64,000 bases of DNA, from assembly GCA_051362555.1 (NCBI GenBank), contig CM120641.1, forward strand, positions 28,898,401-28,962,400, given 5' to 3'. Each line of letters starts with the position of its first letter. Within the stretch, counting starts at the first letter, position 1. The translations under genes and the position numbers were made by a program. The notes beneath the pieces were generated by a model, which was not told where the DNA came from, did no database searches, and worked only from the letters and a program-made list of their open reading frames with translations. This document shows positions 61,824 through 64,000 of the stretch, piece by piece. Origin of the DNA: Lingula anatina (taxonomy: Eukaryota; Animalia; Brachiopoda).

Positions 61824-64000
61824 CAACTGTAAAAACTATTTTTGTGCCATTTTTATGCTACAAGTGGCATTCATCCCATGAACACTGGCTGGAAGCATAG
61901 GGACAATCACTTGTGACATCTTTATTTCAGTGAGGAGAGGTTAAATTTGTTATGAGGACTCTTGTATAGAATTTTTTTGCCTTTTTTTTACCATTTCCCT
62001 TAAAGGCCAATTTTGATTTAGCTAGATCATGCTGTCCATACACAACAAAAAAAGTTTTTATGTTTTATTTGTCGCACATTTTGGCAGGGCTCAATTTAAC
62101 TTTAGCCACCAAGGGAACACCCTGACATTTTAAAACATAGTCTCTCATATCATATACTGGCAAGAAATCAAAACTGAGGCGATAACCTAAAATTGATATG
62201 CCTGTATTAAAGCGGCGTCTAACATGTTTATCTTATTGCTTAATCAGGATATTTTATGGGAGGAGCATCTTATCAATCAGAACAACACAGACACTCTTTT
62301 ATCAGTTCAGTACAGTTGCAAACTCCAAGATGAAAGTTATTGGGCTTTCCTATATCTGATCTGGGCTGCTGGATAGACGATATCTACAGGTGTATTCCAG
62401 TGTACCTGGACAAACTAGTTAGAGGTCTCATATCATCTGACATCCAGTTTTATCTAAAATACATTTATATCTGTGGCACAGAAGGATGGTTCTTGCAGGA
62501 GGAAGGGAGGAGGGTGTCTACAAATATGTCTCATGTGCTGTACTTCAGACAATAAAAAAACCCACAATTAAGTTAACTTATAGGTTGTCTAGTGGATCAA
62601 ACATGATTATTTTAGAACAATACTGTTTCAAGTTTATGTGTGATAGCACTTTGCGGAAGTATTTGTATTATACTAAATAACTCTTTTATTGTTATTAAAG
62701 AATTCTTGCTATACCATGTACTTATGGCATATCACTTTTAAATTTGATTCAATTTCAGGGGATAAATATGTAAGGCCAGAGAATATTATGCACATATGCA
62801 CGCATTAAGTTTTTATAAAAAGTCTTTAAAACAAGTCTTCAAGTAAGTGTCCATTTTTGTAACACATATGTGGTAGGTACCAAGCAGACTCCACGTACAA
62901 TATTCTCATGACTTTGTATGGCCTGAGTTATTTGCCCATGTATTGTTACATATAGTTACGATCCAGAGAGAAGTATAAACTTGCTATGAGGGACAGCCTT
63001 CAGTGGTATTGTACTGGCAGTGCCCCGGGTAAAGTAAACTCAATGCCTGTTCAATAGAGTGACTGATCAGCCCATTATGCCTAGCGCCAACCCAAATATC
63101 TGCAACAATCGCTGGCAGGCCCAGCACAATGTGTACTTCGGTGTGGAAACGATGAATTAATGCCAGAGCCAGTCGGTTGTGAAACCTTTCCCTGTCCACC
63201 ATTCAAGTCTGTTATTGTAAGCCGAGCACGGGGTTACATTTCAAAACAAAAACCGAAAGGAGTTCGTTATGACTGCGACAAAGGGTCCACCAATTAAAAA
63301 ATAATACTGACCTTTATTTGAATTATTAACCACTATGGGTTGATGCCTCAGAAAACAAGGCTCATTAGGTTTGGCTGTGTTTTGATATTGTTAAGAACAA
63401 GATGCCAAAATTGATCTGGGGGCGAAAGAGGCGGGGGAGACCCGAGCTCAGCCACACACACCAGGGCAACCATGGAAAACAAAGCTGACAGTGGCTACAG
63501 TTACGATGGCCTATTCTTCTCTCACCCCAAAGACATGTTATTCTGTGTCAACTCAGCATTCATGTCACCGTGGCAGACTCCGCAGAGTTAACGTGTTCCC
63601 ACAACAGCACCACCTTCCTGCATTGATACAAATGTAACATTTCACAATGAAAATGTTTCACTTCACTGACCATGAACGTTTTCTTGGACAGTGCATGTTA
63701 TGACAGCCACTCTGTTTTATTATAAAATATTGAAATTTTAGACTGTGAGGTATAGAAATAAGCATAAAAGCGTATACTATCACAGTTGCCAGTAAATATA
63801 AGTTAACAGTAACTTTAGCAAGAGACGAAAGTTCGATTATGTTAGTAACAGTTGGATAAAAGGTTTAAAAACTTGCAAAAAAAGACTAAGCTTCCTAAAA
63901 TTTGAGTAAATGTCAATAAAATCAAAGTTGAATTACTAAAATTCTTTATATGGATATAAGATAAAACACTTTCGATAGAAAAATCCTCTCTTACATTCAA

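Noticed and set aside
62984-63202. 72-aa minus-strand ORF as the first FAM149B1-like exon
   Set aside because: It ends in a stop with no suitable phase-2 donor and has no similarity to the FAM149 N-terminus.

Overview
Eukaryotic, AT-rich animal genomic DNA with spliceosomal introns. The repeat landscape and gene content suggest a marine invertebrate, probably a mollusc or other lophotrochozoan (inference). The left part (1 to ~27.6 kb) is repeat-rich and accessory-like. It holds a ~142-bp satellite whose unit contains a splice-site-flanked 62-nt exon-like cassette, and a spliced gene for a secreted prepro-peptide (77-aa, 14-Cys mature domain with a CxxHDxxC motif) behind four GATA+kappaB-like promoter modules. 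It also holds a fossil Tc1 element, a single-exon GT31 beta-1,3-glycosyltransferase, a head-to-head inverted pair of Tyr/Gly-rich secreted peptide genes with decayed extra copies, and Helentron-type, Kolobok-like, Harbinger-like and Penelope remnants. The right part (~27.7 to 64 kb) is one large minus-strand FAM149B1-like gene. I could join 15 coding exons in consistent phase, and its 5' region carries at least six candidate ATG-containing alternative first exons that all end in phase 2. All coordinates were read by eye and no database searches were run.
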